Under the pieces are notes generated by a model. The model was not told where the DNA came from, did not search any database, and saw only the letters and a list, made by a program, of their open reading frames with translations. 64,000 nucleotides of DNA from Gemmatimonadales bacterium (GTDB lineage: Bacteria > Gemmatimonadota > Gemmatimonadetes > Gemmatimonadales > GWC2-71-9). Location: contig DASYRJ010000040.1 of assembly GCA_036004525.1 (NCBI GenBank), forward strand, positions 5,810 to 69,809. The letters run 5' to 3'. Both the position numbers and the translations under genes were made by a program. Every line of letters begins with the position of its first letter. Positions within the stretch are counted from its first letter, which is position 1. This document shows, one piece after another, positions 1 to 8,651 of the stretch.

Positions 1-1586
1 ATCAGCGCACCAGGTCGAATGATCCGGGCCTGGATCTCGCCCCGCGCCTGCGCAGCCGCCACGAGCTCCTCGGCGGCGCACTTCCCCCAGGTGTACGCAC
101 CGAGTCGCTCGGCGCGAGCGGCACGGGGGGTGTGCTCCCCCTGCCGCTCCCACCACCCGTGCGGCGGGCGGAGCACGGAGATGCTGCTCACGTGGAGCAG
201 CCGGTGAACATCGGCGGCGGCCATGGTGCGCAAGAGGTGGCGGGTCGTGCCCACCGTGTTGCGCTCGTGCGCCTCGAAACCGCCGGCGGTCTCAGCCGCC
301 GCGTGCACGACGACCGCGGCGCCGGCGAAAACCGCGGGCGCGACGCCGTCGGCCAGGTCGGCGCGGATCCACTCGTGCACATGCGGATCGTCGGGCCGCT
401 CCGACCTGCCGATGCCTCGGATACGGAAGCCGCGCCGCGCGAGTTCGCGACAGATGGCGCGCCCGAAGAACCCGCCGGCCCCGGTGACCACCGCGACGGG
501 ATTCGAGGATGCCGCGTCGGCGGCGCGCGCCGGCGCCGTGGCGGGCCGCGAGACGGCGCTCCGGAGATTCGCCGCGAGGTGCTCGTACATGGCGGTCACG
601 CGTCGCAGATGATCGACACTGATCGGCGAGCGATCGCCTGTGGAGGCGGCGGCATAGAAATCCCCCAACAGCTCCGCCAGCCCCGGATAATCGGCGCCGC
701 GCAGCAGCCGCCTCGCGAGGCCCGTCGCGCTGCGCCACGCGAGCTGCGCCGCCTCGACGAAGGGGTTGAGGATCTTCTCCAGGGGGCTGGTGCCCTCGTT
801 CGCCGCGCCGAGCACGATCGCGCGGACGAAATCGGCCGTCAGCGACCCGTGCGCCCCGGCGACGGTCAGCGTCGACGCGACCGGACGGGCTCGCAGGCTG
901 ATGCAGAGGCGGCCGGTCACGTCGCCCGCCCGCAGCAGCGCGTACAGCGCCGTGGGCGTCGCCGTCACGTTGACGATCTCCAGCGCCGCCGCCGGGCCGA
1001 ACGTCTCGAGCACCGCCACGAGCGTGTACAACGGGTGGGGAAGCACATCCAGCAACTGCTCCGCGAGGGCGCGACCGGTCGACCGGTAGGGGTCGAGTCG
1101 TGGGGGCCGAAACGCAAACGTGCTGTCGACCAGCGTGACCGGCTTCAGCGCCGCGGCGCCGTCGATCAACCGGCGGAATGCGGGGTCCCGGACCAGCTGG
1201 TGCCCGGCGCAGATGAGCACGCCCTGCTGGCGCGCGAGCGCGAAGAGCGTCTCGGCTTCCTGCGGCGTCTCGACGAACGGCTTCTCGACGTACACATGCG
1301 CCCCGGCGAGCAGCGCCTGCCGTGCCGGCTCGAAGTGCGTCCCCGCGGGGGTGCAGATGTGCACGAGGTCCGGCCGCGCCTCTTGGAGCAAGTCGGAGAC
1401 GGTAGCATAGGCCCGGGCGCCGGCACGCCGGGCAAAGGCCTGCGCCGCGGCGTCCCTCGTGTCCTGAACGCCGACCACGCTGTGCGCCGTCGAGACACGT
1501 CGCAGCGCGTCGAGATGGTGGCCGGCCATCGCGCCGGCGCCGATGAATGCAATTCGCAGGGGTCGTGAGCCGCGGATGCCGGTCAT
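1..1586 (-). CDS. Gfo/Idh/MocA-type oxidoreductase fused to an NAD-dependent epimerase/dehydratase (SDR) domain; the 3' end runs off the window
   Basis: Not in the ORF track because it is open to the window edge. My translation from the ATG (complement of 1584..1586) reads MTGIRGSRPLRIAFIGAGAMAGHHLDALRR...AHVYVEKPF, giving a Rossmann GxGxxG plus the EKP motif of Gfo/Idh/MocA. Further on it reads ...NPVAVVTGAGGFFGRAICRELARRG, the SDR GxxGxxG motif. I saw no stop codon in this frame. Confidence 0.7.
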   Translation of the reverse strand, partial: MTGIRGSRPLRIAFIGAGAMAGHHLDALRRVSTAHSVVGVQDTRDAAAQAFARRAGARAYATVSDLLQEARPDLVHICTPAGTHFEPARQALLAGAHVYVEKPFVETPQEAETLFALARQQGVLICAGHQLVRDPAFRRLIDGAAALKPVTLVDSTFAFRPPRLDPYRSTGRALAEQLLDVLPHPLYTLVAVLETFGPAAALEIVNVTATPTALYALLRAGDVTGRLCISLRARPVASTLTVAGAHGSLTADFVRAIVLGAANEGTSPLEKILNPFVEAAQLAWRSATGLARRLLRGADYPGLAELLGDFYAAASTGDRSPISVDHLRRVTAMYEHLAANLRSAVSRPATAPARAADAASSNPVAVVTGAGGFFGRAICRELARRGFRIRGIGRSERPDDPHVHEWIRADLADGVAPAVFAGAAVVVHAAAETAGGFEAHERNTVGTTRHLLRTMAAADVHRLLHVSSISVLRPPHGWWERQGEHTPRAARAERLGAYTWGKCAAEELVAAAQARGEIQARIIRPGAL

Positions 1587-1757
1587 GTGTCCTCTCCCGT
1601 GCAAGACTGGCGCCACAGGCCAAAGCCGGGGGATGTGCCGCGCCCGGCCCCACCTGTTGCGTCGTCGCCATGCCCCCACGGGCTAGCCGGCCCGCGGCGG
1701 GCAGGTGAGGGCCAGGGGCCGACCGGCCCGCATGTTGCACCGACGCAGGGGAGAGTC

Positions 1758-2987
1758 ATGCGCATACTGATCACCGACGGGAACGAGCGGGCGGCGCTCG
1801 CCACCGCTCGATCCCTGGTACGGGCGGGACACGACGTCTGCGTGGCGGCTCCGACGCGGGTGTCCCTCGCGGGCGCGTCGCGCGCCGTGCGGCCGCTTCC
1901 GCTCGCCACCGATCCCCTCAGCGACCCGGCGGCGTACGCGGCGGAGGTGGGCCGGCTCGTCGCGTGGGAGAGCGCGGATGTGCTGCTGCCGATCACCGAC
2001 CCGTCACTCGAGGCGGTGCTCGAGCACCGGGCCTCGCTCCCGGCCGGCGTCGCCGTCCCGTTTCCCGATCTTGGCACGTACCGGGCCGCGTCCGACAAAG
2101 CGCGGATCCTCGCGCTGGCGCGGGAGTGCGGGTTCGGCGTGCCCGAGACGCGGATCCTCTCGGAGCCACGGAGCGCGCTTCCCGAGGCCGGCTTCTTCCC
2201 CGCGGTCGTGAAACCACACCGCTCCGTCGTCACCGCCGGCCGCGCCCGACGCAAGCTCGCCGTGATGCCGGCCGCCGACGCCGCTGCGTGTCGCCGAGCG
2301 TTGGCCGCCCTTCCTGCGGCGGCGTTCCCGGTCTTGCTGCAGCGGTGGGTCGCCGGTGTCGGCGAGGGATTCTTCGCGCTGCGCTGGGGGGGGCGGACGG
2401 TCGCCACGTTCGCGCATCGGCGCTTGCGGGAGAAGCCGCCCTCGGGCGGCGTCAGCGTGTACCGGGAAAGCATCCCCCTCGATGAGGCACTGGTCGGTCC
2501 CGGACTCCGGCTCCTCGACGCGCTCGGGTGGCAGGGCGTCGCCATGATCGAGTGCAAGCGGGAGGCGGCCACGGGCCGCCAGATCATCATGGAGGTCAAC
2601 GGTCGATTCTGGGGCTCGCTGCAGCTGGCCATCGATGCGGGCGTCGACTTCCCTGCGTTGCTCGTGCGCTGCGCGGCGGGGGAGACGCTCCCCGACAGCC
2701 GTCACTACCGCGTGGGGGTTCGGAGTCGCTGGTTCTGGGGGGACGTGGACCATCTGTACCTGCGCCTGCGTGACGGGAGGGGAGTGATCTCACGCCTCCA
2801 CGCCGTGCTCGCATTCCTGCGTGTTTCCCGCCGCGACGCGAGCGAGGTGTGGCGCTGGCGTGATCCGGCGCCGTTCCTCGTGGAGACCCTGCAGCGGCTC
2901 GGCGTGTTCACTCAACGTACAGGCGATGCCAGGTCGAGAAGCAGAGCAGCGCCCATAGAATCCGCTCCTGATTCTGGCGCCCTGTGA
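1758..2987 (+). CDS. ATP-grasp domain protein (carboxylate-amine ligase type)
   Basis: Lies in ORF 1587..2987. The likely start is the ATG at 1758 (MRILITDGNERAAL), preceded by GGGGAGAG. The GVAMIECK...IMEVNGRFWGSL block is typical of the ATP-grasp fold. Confidence 0.7.
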   Translation: MRILITDGNERAALATARSLVRAGHDVCVAAPTRVSLAGASRAVRPLPLATDPLSDPAAYAAEVGRLVAWESADVLLPITDPSLEAVLEHRASLPAGVAVPFPDLGTYRAASDKARILALARECGFGVPETRILSEPRSALPEAGFFPAVVKPHRSVVTAGRARRKLAVMPAADAAACRRALAALPAAAFPVLLQRWVAGVGEGFFALRWGGRTVATFAHRRLREKPPSGGVSVYRESIPLDEALVGPGLRLLDALGWQGVAMIECKREAATGRQIIMEVNGRFWGSLQLAIDAGVDFPALLVRCAAGETLPDSRHYRVGVRSRWFWGDVDHLYLRLRDGRGVISRLHAVLAFLRVSRRDASEVWRWRDPAPFLVETLQRLGVFTQRTGDARSRSRAAPIESAPDSGAL

Positions 2988-4794
2988 GGTGCTGCCGGAG
3001 CAACGTCTCCACTGCGGACGGCTCGAAGTAGCCCAGGCGGCGCTGCCGCTCGGGCGAGAGTTCCTCCGCCAGCATGTCGCGGAGCTCGTGCCGCAGCCAG
3101 GACGACGTGGGGCCGACAAATCCGCGCTTCGGCGCCCGGAACAGCGGGGCCGGCAGCCGGGAGCGCAGCGCGCGCCGCAGCAGCCGCTTGCCCTGCCACC
3201 ATGCGCCGATCTTCACGCGCTGAGGAATCGGGAAGATGGCCTCGACCAGGACGTGGTCCACGAACGGCACCCGTACCTCGAGCGAATGCGCCATCGCCAG
3301 CCGGTCGCTCAGCGCGAGGACGTCGTCGGGGAGAAACGTCGTGTAATCCAGGTACAGGCCGGCGGCCAGCCCGGTGTAGCGGCCCTGGGCCCCGAACAGG
3401 TCGCGAAAACGGGCAGTAGCCGCGCCGCCCGTGACGCGCACCCGCAGCTCCGGAGTGTAGAGCGACAGGCGCTCGTCGTTCGAGAGCCGGCTCATCATCC
3501 CGAGGAATCGGTCTGGCACGGCGCCGTTGCCGGTGCGGAGGAAGCGTTTCAGACGGTCGACGCCGAGCGTGCCGTTCCGCGGCTCGGGGATCAGCCGGCT
3601 GGCGGCGCCGGCGAGGCGCCGCAGCCCCGGCGGCAGCTTGGCGTAGTGCTCGGCGGCGAGCAGGCCGATGTGCCGCCGGTACCCGGCGAACAGCTCGTCG
3701 CCCCCGATGCCGGTCAACGCCACCTTGTAGCGGCTTGCCACCGCCTGCGAGAGCAGCCAGGTGGGGATCGCGGAGTCGTCGGCGTGCGGCTCGTCGAGGG
3801 CTCTGACGATCGGCTCGAAGGTGTCCTGAATCTCCGGGCGGATGTCGATCAGCGTGAGCTCCGCGCCGTGCCGCGCCGCCAGGGCACGGGCGAGATCCGT
3901 CTCGTCGGCGGCGTCCGCCCCTGTTCCCGCGTATCGCGCCGTGAAGGCGTGCGGCGTCTCCCCCGCGAGCGCCATGCTCGCCACGACCGCGGAAGAATCG
4001 AGACCGCCGCTCAAGAACGCGGCCACGGGCACGTCGCTCACCAGGTGTGCGGCGACCGACTCGTCGAGCAACTCCCGCACGCGGCCCTCCGGATCGGGCG
4101 GACTGGGAAGGGTGTGCGGCGGGAACTGCCAGTACCGGCGCGTCGTGACGCCCCCGTTTCGCCGCCAGACGAGGGTATGCCCGGGCTCGAGTTTGCGCAC
4201 GTCCACGAACGGCGATGCGGGGGCGGGGATGTAGCCGAGCTGGAAGTACGCGTCGAGCGCCTCCCAGTCGAGCTCGCGCGACGTCAGGCCTGCGGCGTGC
4301 AGCGCCTTGAGCTCCGAGGCGAACGCGATGCCCCACGGGGCGGTGACGACGTAGAGCGGCTTGATCCCGAAGCGGTCGCGGGCCAAGAAGAGCGTCTCCG
4401 CCGACGCATCCCAGATCGCGCAGGCGAACATGCCGCGCAGGGGCGTGACGCAGTCGGCGCCCTGCTCCTCGTACAGGTGCAGGACGGTCTCGGTGTCGCC
4501 CGACGAGCGGACCGTGTGGCCGCGGGCCACGAGGCCGCGGCGCAGGTCCTGGTAGTTGTAGATCTCGCCGTTGAAGACGATCACCTTCGACCCGTCTTCG
4601 TTGAAAATCGGCTGCCTGCCGCCGCTCAGGTCGATGATGCTGAGACGCCGCATCCCCAGCCCGACGGCCCCGTCCACGTGGAGTCCTTCGTCGTCCGGGC
4701 CACGGTGCCGCAGGGCGTCACACATCTGCCGCACCAACGCCTCCGGCACCGGGCGCTCCCGGTCGCGGTACACGATGCCTGCGATGCCGCACAT
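2908..4794 (-). CDS. asnB: Asparagine synthase (glutamine-hydrolysing) family amidotransferase
   Basis: Lies in ORF 2908..4860. The N-terminal nucleophile motif MCGIAG starts at 4794. RGPDD, FNGEIYNY and the SGGLDSS PP-loop are present. Confidence 0.9.
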   Translation of the reverse strand: MCGIAGIVYRDRERPVPEALVRQMCDALRHRGPDDEGLHVDGAVGLGMRRLSIIDLSGGRQPIFNEDGSKVIVFNGEIYNYQDLRRGLVARGHTVRSSGDTETVLHLYEEQGADCVTPLRGMFACAIWDASAETLFLARDRFGIKPLYVVTAPWGIAFASELKALHAAGLTSRELDWEALDAYFQLGYIPAPASPFVDVRKLEPGHTLVWRRNGGVTTRRYWQFPPHTLPSPPDPEGRVRELLDESVAAHLVSDVPVAAFLSGGLDSSAVVASMALAGETPHAFTARYAGTGADAADETDLARALAARHGAELTLIDIRPEIQDTFEPIVRALDEPHADDSAIPTWLLSQAVASRYKVALTGIGGDELFAGYRRHIGLLAAEHYAKLPPGLRRLAGAASRLIPEPRNGTLGVDRLKRFLRTGNGAVPDRFLGMMSRLSNDERLSLYTPELRVRVTGGAATARFRDLFGAQGRYTGLAAGLYLDYTTFLPDDVLALSDRLAMAHSLEVRVPFVDHVLVEAIFPIPQRVKIGAWWQGKRLLRRALRSRLPAPLFRAPKRGFVGPTSSWLRHELRDMLAEELSPERQRRLGYFEPSAVETLLRQHLTGRQNQERILWALLCFSTWHRLYVE

Positions 4795-5013
4795 GTCGGG
4801 CGGTTCTAGAGCAAGAGTGGCGCCACGGAGAGTGTGGCTTCCATGCAACACATGTAGCACGGCGTGGCTCTTGCAACGCCCGGCTCACATCACACCGATC
4901 GAATCGAGAGGAAGGCCGGAGTGGAAGGTCTGCCGCTGACGATGGGGCTCGCTGCTCCCGGAGGCGACGTCCGTAGCGCCGAGCACCCAGGTGTCAGCTC
5001 GCGAATCGGCGTG

Positions 5014-6093
5014 ATGCGGATGTCGCTGTCGGAGGCCCTCGGGCTTGGCTCCGCCGCCTGGGATGCGCTCCAGGCGGGTTCCGCATCGCCCTCGCCATTC
5101 ATGACGTGGGCGTGGCATCGCTCGTGGGCGGACTCCGCCCCGCGGGAGGAGGTGCAGGCGAGCGAAGCTCTGGCGCTTTGCGGCGCGGACGGGTCGCTCG
5201 AGGCCCTGCTGCCCATCCGTCTGGGCCGCGTGCGGTTTCGTCGGGTCTGGGTGCGGGCGCTGACGTGGGCGATCGGGGATACCGGCTGCCCGGATGAGCT
5301 CGAGGTGCCCGGCCTCGCCAACGCCGATTGGCCGGCGCTCGCGGCGGCGGTCGAAAGGTTGCCGTGGCAGGTGATCATCCTGAGCAACCTCGCGGCAGGC
5401 GCGCCGAATATGGAGCGGCTGAGCGCCGCCCTGGTCGAACGCGGGCACGCGGCGCGACAGCGTGCCTTGTGGCCCTGCCCGCGGCTCGATCTTCCCGCCT
5501 CGTGGGATGCCTACCTCGGCACGCTCAGCGCCAACCGCCGCCAGATCGTCCGCCGCAAAGAGCGGAGTCTGCGCAGCAGTCACGCGGTGGCGGTCACCGA
5601 CTACGCCGCCGAGCGGCTCGACGAGGGGTGGGCGCACCTGATGGCGTTGCATCAGCAACGATGGGAGGCGGCGGGGGGAGGGGCGTTCCGTGATCCGCGC
5701 ACCGTGCACCTGCAACTCCAGTTCGCGCGCGACATGGCGCAGCGGCAGCGGTTGTGGCTCACCACCCTGGACCTGGACGGGCAGCCTGCGGCGGCGTGGT
5801 ACGGCTTTGCGTCGGGCGACACGGTGTACTTCTACCAGGGCGGGCGCGACCCACGCTGGGAGCGGGAAAGTGTCGGGCTCGTGTTGATGGGCATCATGAT
5901 CCGGCGCGCGATCGAGCGGGGGTACCGCGCGTTCAACTTCCTGCGCGGGGACGATCCCTACAAACAGCAGTGGACGTCGTCCCGGCGCATGACGAGTGAG
6001 ACGGTGGTCTTCCGATCGGGGTGGGGAGGCCGCTGGTTGCGCGCGCTGGATGCGGTGGCGGCGCTTCGCCGGAGCGGGCCGGACGATGCCTGA
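5014..6093 (+). CDS. CelD/BioF2-like GNAT-superfamily acyltransferase
   Basis: Lies in ORF 4864..6093, with an internal ATG at 5014 (MRMSLSEALG). The C-terminal FNFLRGDDPYKQQW block is characteristic of the CelD-like family. Confidence 0.6.
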   Translation: MRMSLSEALGLGSAAWDALQAGSASPSPFMTWAWHRSWADSAPREEVQASEALALCGADGSLEALLPIRLGRVRFRRVWVRALTWAIGDTGCPDELEVPGLANADWPALAAAVERLPWQVIILSNLAAGAPNMERLSAALVERGHAARQRALWPCPRLDLPASWDAYLGTLSANRRQIVRRKERSLRSSHAVAVTDYAAERLDEGWAHLMALHQQRWEAAGGGAFRDPRTVHLQLQFARDMAQRQRLWLTTLDLDGQPAAAWYGFASGDTVYFYQGGRDPRWERESVGLVLMGIMIRRAIERGYRAFNFLRGDDPYKQQWTSSRRMTSETVVFRSGWGGRWLRALDAVAALRRSGPDDA

Positions 6094-7066
6094 GGACGGC
6101 GTGCTGCTCCTCGTGTCGCTCGACACCGAGGAGGACAACTGGCATCGCAGCCGCGACGGCGTCACCGTCGAGAACATCGGCGAGGTCCGCCGTCTGGCGG
6201 CGCTGTTCGACCGCCTCGGCGTGCGCCCGACCTACTTCACGACCTATCACGTCGCGACGGAGCCGCGGGCGGCGGACGTGCTGCGCGAGGCCTGTGACGG
6301 GGGTCGCGGCGAGATCGGGGCGCACTTGCACCCCTGGAACACTCCTCCCCTCACCGAGGCGTTCGTTCCTCGCAACTCGATGCTCAAGAACCTGCCGGCC
6401 GAACTGCAGCTCGCCAAGCTCCGGCACCTCACGGCCGCGCTGGAGGAGGCGTTCGATCGCGCGCCGCGCTCGTTTCGGGCCGGGCGGTACGGCCTAGGTC
6501 CCGACACCGTCGCGTCGCTGGTCGCTTGCGGATACCGTGTGGACAGCAGCGTCAGCCCGTTCATCAACTTGGAGACCGTGGACGACGGCCCGACGTTCGT
6601 GGGCGCGCCGATCGTGCCGTACCGGCTCGGTCCGGAGCGCGACATCCGGCAGCCCGACCCGGACGGACCGGTGCTCGAGATTCCCCTCTCCTACGGGTTC
6701 AACCGCAACCCGTTCGGCTTCTGGGATCCTGCGCGTCGCCTGCTCGAGGCGGCGCCGTTCCGGTGGCTGCATCTGGCCGGAGTCGCGGACCGCGCCGGCC
6801 TGCTCAAGCGTCTGTCCTTGAGTCCGGAGCTCCAGACGGTCGCCGACATGCTGACGCTGTCGCGGCGGTTGCTCGACCAGGGAGTTCCCTACCTGCAGCT
6901 GTCCTGGCACACGCCCAGTCTCAAGCCGGGGCTGAGCCCGTTCGCCGCCACGGCCGCCGATGTAGAGCGTCTGTACGGCGCGGTCGAGTCGTATCTCGAG
7001 GGGCTGTCCCGGCTGACCCGGCTCACGTTTGCCACGGTGAGCGAGGCAGCCGCTGTGTTGGGGTGA
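6086..7066 (+). CDS. Polysaccharide deacetylase-like protein (CE4/WalW-like)
   Basis: Lies in ORF 5996..7066. The ATG at 6086 overlaps the upstream stop. The motifs LLVSLDTEEDNW and GAHLHPWNTP are present. Confidence 0.55.
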   Translation: MPEDGVLLLVSLDTEEDNWHRSRDGVTVENIGEVRRLAALFDRLGVRPTYFTTYHVATEPRAADVLREACDGGRGEIGAHLHPWNTPPLTEAFVPRNSMLKNLPAELQLAKLRHLTAALEEAFDRAPRSFRAGRYGLGPDTVASLVACGYRVDSSVSPFINLETVDDGPTFVGAPIVPYRLGPERDIRQPDPDGPVLEIPLSYGFNRNPFGFWDPARRLLEAAPFRWLHLAGVADRAGLLKRLSLSPELQTVADMLTLSRRLLDQGVPYLQLSWHTPSLKPGLSPFAATAADVERLYGAVESYLEGLSRLTRLTFATVSEAAAVLG

Positions 7067-7079
7067 CGCAACACCGCCC

Positions 7080-7094
7080 TGGCACAACACGTGC
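7080..7094 (+). promoter_or_regulatory. Candidate sigma-54 (-24/-12) promoter for the flippase/SGNH genes
   Basis: Reads TGGCAC-aacac-GTGC with the correct GG-N10-GC spacing. It lies in the 76-nt gap between 7066 and 7143, about 49 nt before the GTG start. Confidence 0.4.
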
Positions 7095-7142
7095 GCTCCG
7101 CGGGGACCTGCGGGAGCGATCCCTCACTCCGGGTGGTGAGCT

Positions 7143-8651
7143 GTGATCAAGAACGTCGGCAGCAACTGGATTGTGACCCTGGTGACCGTGGTCGCGGTCT
7201 ATTTCCTCACGCCGTTCACCATCCATAAACTCGGCGACGCCGGCTACGGGACCTGGAATCTCATCAATTCGATCACCGGGTACCTGGGCCTCCTCGTGTT
7301 GGGCGTGCCGATGGCCTCGGTGCGGTACTTCGCGCAACACGTCGCCACGGGCGACGTGCGCAAGCTGAACGAAGCGATCGGCAGCTGCACGGCGCTGTAC
7401 TTGTTACTGGGCGCGATCGCCTTCGTCGTAGGCGCCGGCCTGTACGTCTTCTTCCTGCGCACATACGACATCCCCGCGAACCTGCACGCCGACGCCCGGT
7501 GGGCCTTCGGACTGACGGTGCTCTTCGTGTCCGTGGGGTTCGTCGCGCTCCTCCCCAACGCGGTCCTGGCGGCGCACGACGATTTTGTCCCGCGCAATAT
7601 CGTCCGGTTGTGGGGTGTGCTGCTCCGTCTCGGGCTCACGTTCGGGCTGCTGGCCCTCCAGGCGTCGCTCACGGCGCTGGCCGTGGTGCAGCTGGCGTGT
7701 ATGCTGTTCGACTTCGCCCTGTGCTGGCTGCTGGTGCGGCGCCGGTATCCGGCGACGCGGATGCGCCTGGCGGACTTCGACTGGGGGATGACGCGCGCGA
7801 TCTTCGCGTTCAGTCTCTACGTCCTGGTGTTGAACGCCGGCGCCCGGCTCTCGTTCGAAACGGACTCGGTCGTGATCGGTGCGTTCATGAACGTCGGTTC
7901 GATTCCCTACTTCACCGTCGCCAACAGCTTCATCATCTATCTCATGGAGTTCCTGATCGCCATTGCCGCCGTCGTGATGCCGACCGCCACCCGGCTGCAG
8001 ACGCAGGGAAACAGCGCGGCCCTGCGGGAGATCTTTCTCAAGTGGTCCAAGATCGCGCTGTCGTTGACCATGGCGGCGGGCCTGTTTCTGATCGTGCTGG
8101 GGCCGAGATTCATCGCGTGGTGGGTCGATCCGACCTTCGAGCGGCCCGCGGGTGAGGTGCTCCAGATCCTGATGGTGTCGTACCTCATCTTCCTGCCCGT
8201 GCGCGGCGTCGCCCTCCCGATTCTCATGGGGCTGGGCAAGGCGGGTCTGCCGACGATCGGCTTCCTCGTCGCCGGCGTCGTGAACCTCGGCTTGAGCATC
8301 CTGCTGGTGCGCCCCCTCGGGCTGGCCGGGGTCGCGCTCGGCACCGCCATCCCGAATGTGCTGTTCGCCGGGGCCGTGTTCCTGCAGGCGTGCCGCGAGC
8401 TGGACGTATCGGTAGTGCAGTTCCTGCGGTACGTCGTGCCGCGCGCCGTGCTGGGGGCGCTGCCCGTCCTGGCGCTGCTGCTGTGGTTCAAGCTCCAGCT
8501 CGATGTTCGTGGCCTGGCCGCGCTGGTCGGGGCGGGAATCGCCATGGTGTTGGTGTTCGCCGTGACCTGGGTCTTCTTCGTCTATCGGAACGACCCGTAC
8601 GTCGATCTGCGGGGGTGGCTGCCGCGGTTGCGGGCACGGGTGCGCGTATGA
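7143..8651 (+). CDS. Wzx-type (MOP superfamily) oligosaccharide/polysaccharide flippase
   Basis: A 502-aa polytopic membrane protein with a GTG start. The N-terminus MIKNVGSNWIVTLVTVV...GYGTWNLI is typical of polysaccharide flippases. Confidence 0.7.
   Translation: MIKNVGSNWIVTLVTVVAVYFLTPFTIHKLGDAGYGTWNLINSITGYLGLLVLGVPMASVRYFAQHVATGDVRKLNEAIGSCTALYLLLGAIAFVVGAGLYVFFLRTYDIPANLHADARWAFGLTVLFVSVGFVALLPNAVLAAHDDFVPRNIVRLWGVLLRLGLTFGLLALQASLTALAVVQLACMLFDFALCWLLVRRRYPATRMRLADFDWGMTRAIFAFSLYVLVLNAGARLSFETDSVVIGAFMNVGSIPYFTVANSFIIYLMEFLIAIAAVVMPTATRLQTQGNSAALREIFLKWSKIALSLTMAAGLFLIVLGPRFIAWWVDPTFERPAGEVLQILMVSYLIFLPVRGVALPILMGLGKAGLPTIGFLVAGVVNLGLSILLVRPLGLAGVALGTAIPNVLFAGAVFLQACRELDVSVVQFLRYVVPRAVLGALPVLALLLWFKLQLDVRGLAALVGAGIAMVLVFAVTWVFFVYRNDPYVDLRGWLPRLRARVRV

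Noticed and set aside
132-1740. Long ORFs 132..1568 (+, 478 aa) and 292..1740 (-, 482 aa)
   Set aside because: They are out of frame or antisense to the Gfo/Idh/MocA-SDR gene. Their translations are Arg/Ala/Gly/Pro low-complexity with no motifs, which is the typical high-GC artefact.
2066-3531. TGGCAC-containing strings inside coding regions (for example 2066..2080 and 3515..3531)
   Set aside because: They have wrong spacing or a weak -12 element and are embedded in or antisense to genes.
2912-4809. ORFs 2989..4809 (+, 606 aa) and 2912..4336 (-, 474 aa)
   Set aside because: They overlap the clearly real AsnB gene (MCGIAG, SGGLDSS) in other frames and have Arg-rich nonsense composition.
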